A stretch of DNA of 64,000 bases. Source: Tubulanus polymorphus. Lineage: Eukaryota > Animalia > Nemertea. The translations under genes were made by a program, and so were the position numbers. Below, piece by piece: positions 13,360-24,322 of this stretch. The notes below the pieces were generated by a model, which saw only the letters and a program-made list of their open reading frames with translations, had not been told where the DNA came from and searched no databases. Within the stretch, counting starts at the first letter, position 1, and each line of letters starts with the position of its first letter. The stretch covers positions 15,596,150 through 15,660,149 of the forward strand of contig NC_134026.1 of the NCBI RefSeq assembly GCF_964204645.1, in the 5' to 3' direction.

Positions 13360-14310
13360 TTAGTATAACGGGGGTACAAGAGAAGCGAGAAATTTGGAGA
13401 TCAAAATGTTGTGGGGGGAGAAACCGTTATTCAAATTAACACAATTTTCCAAGTTTTCAATAATCAGGGCCGATTCCATAATGTGTCGTTTAATCTTTTC
13501 TGAACAGGGAAAAATTATGGAGGCATTTTCAAAATCAAAATTGTGGCTGGTTTCGTATACGTGATTGGCAACACCGCTTTCAGGCTTAAAATTCTTTACA
13601 TCATTCTTATGTTCACGAATGCGCTTGTGTAAATCGCGTCCGGTTTCGCCGATATATATTTTGTTACAAACTTTACAGGGAATTTTATATACACCAATGT
13701 TCAGGGGTTCAATTTTGGGGGAGTTATGAGTAAGATTACGACTAAGTTTGTTGTTATAAGTAAAAATGAGTTGTTTGTTTAAGAGATGGAGGGGAGTTTT
13801 AGATTTTTCCAGAAAAGGAACGAAAGGTACAATAATAGGCTGTTTACGCGCGCGGTCCCTTGAGAGTGACTGAAATGTGAACGACGGGCTCTCAAGAGAG
13901 CTTTATTCAAAATGTCGTCGGGGTAAGCTAATTTATTAAGAGAGGTCTTGATCTGGGTTAGTTCATCATCCAAGAAAAGGGGGTCACAAATCCTTAATGC
14001 GCGAAGGAATAAGCTTTGGGCAACACTAAGTTTAATGTTATGAGCGGTGAAGGAGAAATAATGTAGGTATGTTCCAGAGTGGGTAGGTTTCCTATAAACC
14101 GAGAATTTTAGACAAGACAAACAATTGTGTATACAAACATCAAGGAAAGGGATTTTCCCATCAACTTCCAATTCAAATGTGAAGTTCAAGGAGGGATAAA
14201 AAGAGTTAATAAATTTGGATTTTAATAATTGGAGCCCATAGATATAAGGTAGGGAGGGTAGACGTGATTGAAATTTCGAAAGAATATCTTTAGAGTCCGG
14301 AAACCGTTGG
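13360..14310 (-). pseudogene. Penelope RT/GIY-YIG, left arm (1-bp frameshift; RT core deleted)
   Basis: LPYIYGL joined directly to FINSFYPSLNFTFELEVDGKIPFLDV..VYRKPTHSGTYLHY; frameshift near 13855 relative to the right arm. Confidence 0.85.
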
Positions 14311-14317
14311 AACATAC

Positions 14318-15036
14318 CTGGAACATACCTACATTATTTCTCCTTCACCGCTCATAACATTAAACTTAGTGTTGCCCAAAGCTTATTCCTTCGCGCATTA
14401 AGGATTTGTGACCCCCTTTTCTTGGATGATGAACTAACCCAGATCAAGACCTCTCTTAATAAATTAGCTTACCCCGACGACATTTTGAATAAAGCTCTCT
14501 TGAGAGCCCGTCGTTCACATTTCAGTCACTCTCAAGGGACCCGCGCGCGTAAACAGCCTATTATTGTACCTTTTGTTCCTTTTCTGGAAAAATCTAAAAC
14601 TCCCCTCCATCTCTTAAACAAACAACTCATTTTTACTTATAACAACAAACTTAGTCGTAATCTTACTCATAACTCCCCCAAAATTGAACCCCTGAACATT
14701 GGTGTATATAAAATTCCCTGTAAAGTTTGTAACAAAATATATATCGGCGAAACCGGACGCGATTTACACAAGCGCATTCGTGAACATAAGAATGATGTAA
14801 AGAATTTTAAGCCTGAAAGCGGTGTTGCCAATCACGTATACGAAACCAGCCACAATTTTGATTTTGAAAATGCCTCCATAATTTTCCCCTGTTCAGAAAA
14901 GATTAAACGACACATTATGGAATCGGCCCTGATTATTGAAAACTTGGAAAATTGTGTTAATTTGAATAACGGTTTCTCCCCCCACAACATTTTGATCTCC
15001 AAATTTCTCGCTTCTCTTGTACCCCCGTTATACTAA
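14318..15036 (+). pseudogene. Penelope RT C-terminus plus GIY-YIG endonuclease, 5'-truncated, open frame
   Basis: GVYKIPCKVCNKIYIGETGRDLHKRIREH...RHIMESALI...LN. Confidence 0.9.
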
Positions 15037-15355
15037 TTCCCTCCATTGTTTTGCCTTTATCATAGTTTGCTTGTTTCCACTCACTCACTGATTATCGCCT
15101 TTCATGTTCCTTCTCTTTGTTTTATTTGATTACCCCTTAGCTTGTCCTCCCGTTTTAATCACTTTAGCTTGTGTCTTTGTTTATTAATTACTTTAATCTA
15201 CATTGCCCCTAGTTTGCCTTGCTTACTTTAGCATTGTTTTCTAGTTGTTATGTCATTACTTTAATCTATTCCCCTTTCAATATTTTAATCACTCACTCTG
15301 CTTCTATTGTTTTGGTCTTGTATAAATATCTTGTAATATTCTCCTGTACTCAGTA

Positions 15356-15395
15356 CGCCTGATGATGGCTAATAGTCTTTAGCCGAAACGTTGCG
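15356..15395 (+). ncRNA. Minimal type I hammerhead ribozyme motif in the Penelope pLTR
   Basis: CGC-CUGAUGA-U-GGCUAA/UAGUCU/UUAGCC-GAAA-CGUU-GCG: both catalytic boxes, 6-bp stem II, palindromic AACGUU stem III, CGC/GCG stem I. Confidence 0.75.
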
Positions 15396-15669
15396 CAAAT
15401 ATATATAACTCTTCTATTCAAGTTTCTCGTTTTGGCTGAACTTATTGTGGGATTTCTCTTGTTAGCTAAGTCAGCATTTACGCGTGTCGAAAATTCGCTG
15501 ACTGAGGCTATTGTGGCAAATCGTACGCCAGCCGAAATAAGTTTTGAGCTAGAAGTGTTGAGGGAGAAACTGTCAGCTGCGGAAAAAGCACACGAAAATT
15601 ACACGGAAGATATGAATGATGACGAATACGAATTGGAAGAAGCGTGGATAAATAATGTTCAGAAACAAT

Positions 15670-17427
15670 AAACCATTTTACAGTTGCTAGCCGCCATTTT
15701 GTTAGGGTACTTTTGTCCCGTATTGTTGGGTCATTTTTTTCTATTTTTTAAAAACTGTCCGTGATGTGTGTTGTACCATATTTCATCTGTCCATGGATGG
15801 ATTTTGACAACTTCAGCAACATTCAAACTGCGTGAATCTCTAGTTTTCAGTTATGTAAAAATAATTTCTCAAATTTACAACAATGCGACATGAGAGCGAT
15901 ATAAAAATCGGTGGTCAGTTTTTGCCGTGCGCATAGAAATCAAGGGTACTGAACTTTGAAGTTCGTTATTTTCAGAAATAATTTTCTAAAAAATCCTAGC
16001 ATTTCAAGAACTGTGCGCATAAATGCCCCCTTTCAGGTGAACTTTGAAATTTTAAGATATCTTGCCTAGTTTTTTTTCTATGGCACTTTAACTGCAGCGC
16101 GTGTATTGTCATTCCGAGATTCGGCGCTGTTTTCTTTGCGTGTATTTCAGTATATGGGTGTTATTTTTTCACTTTTACTACACTTGTCTCTACGGAAAAT
16201 GGTTTTAATTGTTGGTACGAGTATCAGGTTTTAATATTACGTCATTTATGCAATATAATAGATCGAAGACATTAGAGATGTTGGAGTTAAAGGGATTTTT
16301 TTACCAGTTTTAGCAGCGAGACTGAACGGCATTTTGATCACGTATTCGAAGTTGCGCGCGGGAAGAGAATATATGGGCCTATATTGAGATGGAAGAAGAA
16401 AAAAAATATAACACACAAAATCGAGTATGATGACCATTTAAATCAGTAGTCTATCAATAAATTTACATAAAAATCTACTGAAATTAGATGGATGGAGAAG
16501 TGGTCAAAAAGCTGGACAAATGGGTTGGGGCAAATATTCAGCTACTTTCTATGAATACTTTCTATTAAGTACACACAAGATTGATTAGATTGGGAAGAAA
16601 ATATAGGAAAACGTTTTCTTGCTTTGGTGGTGACATATCAAGTATCAAGTCCTAATGTCAGACACCGGTGATAAAAAGTAAAAAGTGACATCTACCATCA
16701 CAAAAACGCAAGAAGTGTGTGGATTGCATTTACAACAAAAGAGTGATATTTTGGGTTTTCTTGGGTGCATGTACGTAAGCCTCTGCCTGCTGTAAAAGCG
16801 GCTACCAATACAGCCATTACGAACTAGCGCCGGAGAACGGAATACAGTATTAATGCCGTAATATTAAAACCTGATACTCGTATCAACAATTAAAACCATT
16901 TTCCGTAGAGACAAGTGTAGTAAAAATGAAAAAATAACGCCCATATACTGAAATACACGCAAAGAAAACAGCGCCGAATCTCGGAATGACAATACACGCG
17001 CTGCAGTTAAAGTGCCATAGGAAAAAAACTAGGCAAGATATCTTAAAATTTCAAAGTTCACCTGAAAGGGGGCATTTATGCGCACAGTTCTTGAAATGCT
17101 TGGATTTTTTAGAAAATTATTTCTGAAAATAACGAACTTCAAAGTTCAGTACCCTTGATTTCTATGCGCACGGCAAAAACTGACCACCGATTTTTATATT
17201 GCTCTCATGTCGCATTGTTGTAAATTTGAGAAATGATTTTTACATAACTGATACTAGAGATTCACGTGGTTTGAATGTTGCTGAAGTTGTCAAAATCCAT
17301 CCATGGACAGATGAAATATGATACAACACGCATCACGGATAGTTTTTAAAAAAGAGAAAAAAATGACCCAACAATACGGGACATAAGTACCCTAACAAAA
17401 TGGCGGCTAGCAACTGTAAAATGGTTT
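15670..17427. mobile_element. Non-autonomous DNA transposon with ~575-bp TIRs (foldback; ISL2EU/PHIS-like by its AT TSD)
   Basis: TIRs at 15670-~16246 and ~16852-17427 beginning AAACCATTTTACAGTTGCTAG. AT duplicated at 15668-69 and 17428-29; removal restores the gag frame. No transposase ORF. Confidence 0.88.
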
Positions 17428-19026
17428 ATTCGATGTCGCTCGAGTCCGGGTAACCGATTATTGTTCGAAATTTGCCGTGTCTCCGGTTAAAACAAGAAAC
17501 GATGCGTTGAATATGCCGAAAATTCCGATGCCGAAATTCTCGGGGAAAATCGATGATTATTTAGCGTTTCGAAGTGACTGGCAAAGAATAGTCGAGCCTC
17601 GATACAGAATCGCCGATGATGTTTTGTATTTACTGCGAAATGCTTTAGAAAACACAAACCCGGCTTATAACGCGCGCAAGTGGATAGATGGCGTATTCGA
17701 ATATGCAGAAGCATGGGCGAAACTGGATCAAGTTTACGGAAATCCACGTGAAACTAGCGATTTTGTTATTGGTGAACTGGAAAAGTTAAAATCGCTGGGT
17801 GAGAATGAATTTTCAAGGTTTGTAGAGCTGTTCCATAGGCTGAAATGATAATGTCCGAAATGGAACGAAAAGAAGATCTCGACAATTCAACGACGTCAGG
17901 GGTTCTTGAACGGAAACTGTGTAATAGTGATAAATTGAAATGGGCAGAATGTCAGCTCCGAGATCAAATCAGTCCGAATATCGATACGTTCTTGAATTGG
18001 ATGTGGAACCAGATTCAGATACACATAATTGCTGGAGCCGATATTCGTAGTTCGACAAACGTAAAGAAGGGTTCAATATTAGCCGTAGAAGTGGACAGTG
18101 GGTCAAGTACCGCTGCGAGAAATACCATGAACAATACTCAAGTTTTTCCGGGCTCTACAAAAACGCCTTCGTGGCGTCCGCGACCGGAGGGTGCTCAGGG
18201 AAAGTACTATGTTGCGTCGTGTTGGTATTGTAAAGGGGAACACAAAGTAGATGACTGTCAGCGTTTCAAGTCATTGTCGTCGAATGACCGTTTGAAGGAA
18301 GTACGTCGTGTTCATGCATGTTATTTTTGTCTGTGTAGACATAAACCCCCATGTCGTGCGCGAAGGGTAAAATGTCCTGAACCTGCATGTCGATATTCAC
18401 ATCATATTCTGTTACATGGAGCAAACTTCGAGAAGACTTCGGGAACCGAAAACGACCCTGGTCAGACAGTAAGCGGAACGGTCGGAAATTGTCGAAATCA
18501 AAAAGGAGAATGTCTACTACCGATTTTGCCAGTAGTGGTAGCAAATAAACGCGTGCGCTGCCTCCTAGATAGTGGATCACAGTTAACACTAATTCGTCAA
18601 GATTTGGCTGAAGAGTTGGATTTAGACGAAATTGAAGTGGAGATTGTCACGGTTGGAGATTCGGTACAAAAATTAAAAACGAAACTATACGAAATTGAAA
18701 TTTCAGCAATCTCCGGAGATAAAAGTCGTAAAATTGAAGCGATTGGCTTTCCGAAAATCTGTGAAAATTTGTATCGTGTTGACAAAGCGGAAATATGCGA
18801 TTTGTTTATGATTCAGTCGGAAGATATTGATACTGAACCTGGTTCGGTTGACATTTTAATCGGCGTCGACAATATCGAATTTCATACTGGTTTTATAATT
18901 GACAAGGGTGATTATGGTTTGCGTGAAACAATATTCGGTCCTGTAGTGTTTGGTCGTTCTGATAAAGAAGATAAACGTTGTAGTCCGGGAAAAGTAATTT
19001 TGACTTAATTACACGACCCTACAGAC

Positions 19027-20957
19027 ATGTCGAGATTCTGGGAAACCGAAGAAATGGGTGTTTGTTTGAACTGGTGCTGTCAAGAAAGACAACTGGGCGA
19101 AAAAATCAAAACTGCGATCGAAGGTAAAAGAAGAATTAGAGATTCGTTCGTCCGCCATTCGAATCGGAAATCGGTGGCAAATTCCGTTACCGTGGAAAAA
19201 GGATCCAAATCAGCTACCAGATAATTATTATCAAGCGTTTGCGAAATTGCGCGGTTTGGAACAACGATTGCAGAAATCCCCGAAATTGGCTGAGATTTAT
19301 AATGAGCAAGTTGAGCAATTAGTGAAGTCCGGTTCGGCAAAGAAAATGACGGCTGAAGAAATCGAAAATTATCGTGGGCCTGTTCATTATATGAGTCACC
19401 ATGCTGTAGTTCGACCAGATAAACCAACTCATCGGTGCCGTATGGTTTTCAATCAAGCTGAGAACTATAGAGGTCATGTGATAAATGATTATTTGAGTAA
19501 ATGCGGCGATCATCTCAACAATTTACTCGGAGTGTTGATTCGCTGGCGTGAAAGAGAGTATGTATTGGTCCGAGATGTCAAAAAGATGTACCATCAAGTT
19601 CTCGTTAGCCCAGGTATCGATACTCAAACGCATCGATTCTTGTGGCGAAATTATGAGTCGAATCGAGATCCAGATATTTACGTCAAGATGGTCTTAACAT
19701 TTGGAGATGTATCGTCACCAGCTCTCGCAAATATTGCAATGGATATGACTGCGGATCAATATAAAACACAGTATCCAGATGCCGTCGCAACGATTAAGCG
19801 ATGTCGATATATGGATGACATCGCAGATAGTGTGAATACCGTTTTCGATTTAGAAAAGCGAAGATGTGAGATCGATAAAATTTTGGAATCGGGACATTTC
19901 CAGATCAAGCATTGGTTCTCGAATGCACAATTATCGGGCCGGGAGGATGAAGACAACAATGAAGACAACAACGTTGAGAAAGTGCTCGTCATTTGGTATC
20001 AAGACGAGGATAAGATCTCAATTCATATGTCTATACCATCCAGTGTCACACTACCTCTCACAAAACGATGTATAACAGCGATTATATCAGGAATTTATGA
20101 TGTATTCGGATTTGGTGCGCCTGTCATTGTTAAAGGGAAAATCGGACTGCAGGAATTATGGCGAGAAAATCTTGATTGGGATCAACCGATACCAGAGAAG
20201 ATGCAAGACAAATGGTTAAGATGGATCGAGGAAATTCGTAAGCTTGAAACACGGAAGTTTGCTCGATGTTTAACTCCGGCAAATGCGGCGTCGGATCCAG
20301 ACCTTGTCATTTTCTGTGATGCATCAAATGTCGCTTTCGGGAGTGTTTGCATATTTACGTTGGATATGTGGAGATGGAAAGGTGGAGATAAAGTTTGCGT
20401 TGGCGAAGTCGAGGATTGCACCTATTCGTACGATAAGTCTTCCACGAAAAGAACTACAATCATTGGTATTGGGCTGTAGAATTTATGAGACTATCAAGGT
20501 TGAATCGAGACTTGAGATCAAGAACGTTTACATTTTTACTGATTCGATGATTGCTTACTCGTGGATTCAGAATGACTCGCGGGTATATAAAACATTTGTT
20601 GCGAATAGGATCGGAGAAATTCTGTCTAAAACTGAGCGTAGTCATTACGGCCATTGTCCGTCGACTGAGAATGTGGCCGATGATATTAGCCGTGGAATCA
20701 ATGAAGCCGATTTAGATGTTCGCTGGGTTGGTGGGCCAGAATTTCTGCGTCAACTGAAAGATGTATGGCCAGTGTCGTATCCTACCGAAACAACCGAGAT
20801 AGATGATTCCGAACAAAAACTAGGGTGCGTTATGGTCACAAAACCAAGATTCGAGATAAGTGCGTTGCAGAAAGTTAGCACGTTGAATCGTCTGATACGC
20901 CTCGTTGCAATGGTTCTTCGATTTGTGAAAAATTTGCAGGCGAGAGTTCGGTATAAG
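19027..20957 (+). pseudogene. pol: Bel/Pao #2 RT and RNase H (frameshifted)
   Basis: DVKKMYHQV, HRFLWR, LTFGDVSSP, YMDD, FCDASNVAFG, AKSRIAP, FTDSMIA, NVADDISRG. Confidence 0.9.
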
Positions 20958-21712
20958 TGTGGTAGCCAGTATTTTCATTGCAGCTATTAGCTCAACTTGC
21001 TTCATGGTTGTATTGTGCTGCCCTCTGAGGAACACCTGATATCAGCTGACCAGATCAGTTTTGCCTGGTCATTGTGAGAATCAGGTTGATGTAATAAACT
21101 TCATGATCATATGGTTCATGCTCGTTTTGTTATTTAATATTCAGGTAAGATCATAATCTTCTTGAATTTATTATGAATATATGTCTGTGATTTTGTGGTG
21201 CATGTGAGCTGAGGGTTCCTGGGATAATTTTGGGAATTATTTATATTGAATTATATGCATTTTTCTACTTGATCTGAAACTCCCGGGTTATGCTGGATCG
21301 TACTGGTAGGTGGAGACATTGTCTGTTAATTTGTATGAATTGTTGTTATCATTGATGTCTGTGTGTTCTAGGTTTAAGTTTATATAAATAAGTAACAGAT
21401 TATAATATCAAATGCAAAGTGTTTTATCTAGTCAGTAGAAGAAATTAAATGTTGATTAAATGTGAATGAATAAATTATTAATGTCGGTGTAAATAGCAGA
21501 TGAGTTTTTGCCTGGTCATTGTGAGAATCAGGTTGATGTAATAAACTTCATGATCATATGGTTCATGCTCGTTTTGTTATTTAATATTCAGGTTGTTTTC
21601 CCGGATGGTGAGCAGTCAACTGTGAGGATTTTGTCGCTGTTTCTTCGAGAAATCCAGTCGTCGAGGCCTCTTTAATCAGTAACCCGCGCATGCCTTTTTT
21701 GCGGTTACGACA
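20958..21712. mobile_element. Solo LTR (755 bp, Gypsy-like, 4-bp TSD)
   Basis: TGTGGTAGCC...GGTTACGACA ends; TAAG at 20954-57 and 21713-16. Removal rejoins pol in frame (ARVRYK|KEQIQ). Confidence 0.8.
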
Positions 21713-22103
21713 TAAGAAAGAACAAATTCAAACGGGAGAAGTTACTGCCAAAATATTAAAGTGCGCGAAAAGCACAATCGTGAAATTGGCGCAAACCAAA
21801 GTTAGAAATCGGAAATATGAAGTGGAATTTCGGAAATTATCGCCGTTTGTAGATTCTGCAGGGATTATCCGAGTGGGAGGTCGACTTGGAAACGCTGATG
21901 TAGCTTATGATCAGAAACATCCCGTTCTATTACCAAAGGATCATTTCATATCGAAACTTATCGTGGAACATCAGCATCGATATGGTCATCCTGGAGTTGC
22001 AGCGACTACCGCGAAGGTCCGACGAGGATTCTGGATAATCGGGTTGAATCGGTTAGCTGAATCGGTTAGCTAAATCGGTAGTGCGCAGTTGTTTTATATG
22101 TTG
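21713..22103 (+). pseudogene. pol: Bel/Pao #2 integrase N-terminal zinc-binding region
   Basis: LSPFVDSAGIIRVGGRL, HPVLLPKDH, HQHRYGHPG, VRSCFIC; breaks off afterwards. Confidence 0.85.
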
Positions 22104-22894
22104 GGTGATAGGAATTCATGAATTAAATTGCTAATTGTCAGTCAGTAGTTTCCTGTAATCTGAAGATACTCACTCAGTAATTCACTTACTGGCTAATTAA
22201 ACATTCAAAAAACTGATTAACAAAATTCTTAACTTACAATATCAAACAAAAATATTCACTGAGCAAACTTTAATAATACATTCAGGAATATGCAGGTAAA
22301 ATCTGTATAAATTTGCTTTTTTGAGAAGTAGGCTCAATAACCCGGGCAGGAATGTGATAGAAAGATTAATTCATGGCCCCTACAAGTTGTTACTTATAAC
22401 TGATTACTGACAATAATAACCAATTCAGACTAACCATGTCAGATTATCCTGAATTTGCAAATAATAAACCTTCGCTGGACAGAACAATAAACAAATAACA
22501 AAGTTGATATTTGTGCAAGAAATTTCTCAAACATGGCTGACCAGGCTGGTTGTGTATTACCCCAGCTCTGATTGTAAAGGATTTTGCAAGCTAAGTACCA
22601 GGGTGATTGGTATTATTTTGACATCAGCATGTAGATGAAGTTTTGGTGATCGGTCTGGTGATAAGTTTACTTTGTTACTCTAGAAGATCATGGCAAAAAA
22701 ACTGTATTTTAACTGTATTTGGATCAGAAATTGGATTGGATTTATGTGACAGCTGTCAAATTGATCACTCACTCATTCACTCGCTGCCATAACTCGCTCG
22801 CTCACTCAACCTTGTGATTTTTGATGTGTGACAATCTGTGACTACACCACAACTGATATTCACTGTATAACACTAAAACTTTTTTGTTTCGAGA

Positions 22895-23753
22895 ATGGCT
22901 ACACAAACAGCAATTACTGCCTTTACACAAGGCAATGCGGATTCCTCGTTAAAAGACACAGTGATTCCCGAAACAGTCATAACCGAAAATGTATTTAGCG
23001 ATTCTTTCGCGATGGACAATACTTCTAGTTCGAATAGGAGTAATAAACGTCCGAGACAAACCTCATCAACTAGTCAAACTGACTCGGATCTACTAACAAA
23101 AGATTACTTACATGCATATATGGAAGAGTTTAAATCTAGCTTACAAGAATCATTTAGAGAAATGTTAACGAGTGAACTGGCGCAAATGCAAAGTAAACTC
23201 ATTGATATGGAAAAAACTGTTCAGATATATGATTCAAAATGCAAAAAACTCGAAGAAGAAAATGTAGCCATGAAGGAAGACATCTTAGAGCTTAAACGGA
23301 ATACTGTGGCTTATAATCAGTACTCGCGTCGCCATAATCTTCGGATTTATGGTTCTTCTCTCCCAAACGTTGCAGAGGGTGAAAACTGTAGCAAAATCGT
23401 AGTGGATAAAGTCTTTTCTAAATTTAAAGATACCAAAGGAAATGAAAGTTACGCAAGATGATATTGAAGTAGCCCATCGCCTTTTCAATAGTAAATCCAA
23501 TAAAGACAAACCACCAGGTATAATCGTTCGCTTCAAATACAGAGACACTAGAGATCGTGTTTTAGCTAACCGTAGACATTTGAAAGGGAAGAAAATCGTG
23601 ATTCAAGAGGACCTAGCTCCTGAAATCTCAAGACTTCGTGATACTGCCTCTAAAAGTGGTAAATATGAAACTGTATTCGTATCTAATGGAAAAGTATTTG
23701 GAGTCAAGAATGGTCAGAAATCCAGACTAAAGCTGTTTGAAGACTTTACATAA
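22895..23753 (+). pseudogene. LINE ORF1 (coiled coil plus RRM-type), one frameshift
   Basis: NQYSRRHNLRIYG, DIEVAHRL, PPGIIVRFK, IQEDL motifs typical of CR1/L2/Crack ORF1. Confidence 0.85.
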
Positions 23754-23774
23754 TATAACTTTGAATTGTCACGC

Positions 23775-23942
23775 TATGTATATGTGTATTTATGCGTGTG
23801 GGTGTGTGTACGTACGCACATGCGTATGTATGTATGTGTATGCATGTATGTGTATATGTGTGAATATGTATGCATGTATGTGTATGTATATATATGTATA
23901 TGTATGTGCGTGTGTATGTATGTATCTATGTATGTATATGTC
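23775..23942. repeat. Degenerate (TG)/(TGTA)n microsatellite in the LINE inter-ORF spacer
   Basis: tatgtatgtgtatgcatgtatgtg... run. Confidence 0.9.
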
Positions 23943-24322
23943 GTATATCACTAATATTGTAATAATTCAACTGCAAATAGTCTTTTTTCAAATAGATTTT
24001 TGCGATTTTCCTTTTTGATAAAGCATATAGTGCGCCTTCATTCAAGGAAAGCTTTAACGGAAACAAATCTTCCACAGAAAGGAATCAATTACTCAGTATA
24101 TATTATTAGCTAAGTTAGCTATTGTTGTCTCGGAGACACTCTGGTACTATTATGCTGCTAGTAGTTGACACCGTGTCAACGTTTCACAAAACACTTACTA
24201 CAAGTGTTTATTGTTTATTTTTCATCTAATCAATCAATTTTTCGTTCATATTTATCATCCTGTATCCATTTACAATATAATTTTTCTATATATATACATA
24301 TATATTTTTTTTCTCTTGTATT

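Larger units (their letters stand above)
12897..15463. mobile_element. Penelope-like element inserted as a head-to-head inverted duplication with a 12-bp TSD
   Basis: TSD AGCTAAGTCAGC at 12885-12896 and 15464-15475. Near-identical inverted arms at ~12932-14077 and ~14318-15464. RT thumb plus GIY-YIG endonuclease. Confidence 0.93.
12832..19008 (+). pseudogene. gag: Bel/Pao #2 gag-protease (pieces 12832-12896, 15476-15669, 17430-19008)
   Basis: Removing the two insertions gives in-frame joins MADPEK..KRRAAKSA|FTRVEN..NNVQKQ|FDVARV..MPKFSG. Also CWYCKGEHKVDDC, CPEPACRYSHHILLH, LLDSGSQ. Confidence 0.85.
12319..22103 (+). mobile_element. Bel/Pao LTR retrotransposon #2, interrupted by three insertions and 3' truncated
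   Basis: gag ATG at 12832, three zinc knuckles, LLDSGS protease, YMDD RT, FCDAS RNaseH, HPVLLP..H..H..CFIC integrase N-terminus. Putative LTR at ~12319-12770 (AATAAA at 12715); left boundary uncertain. Confidence 0.88.

Noticed and set aside
23737-24018. Cys/Val/Tyr/Met-rich ORFs
   Set aside because: Translation of a (TG/TA) microsatellite.
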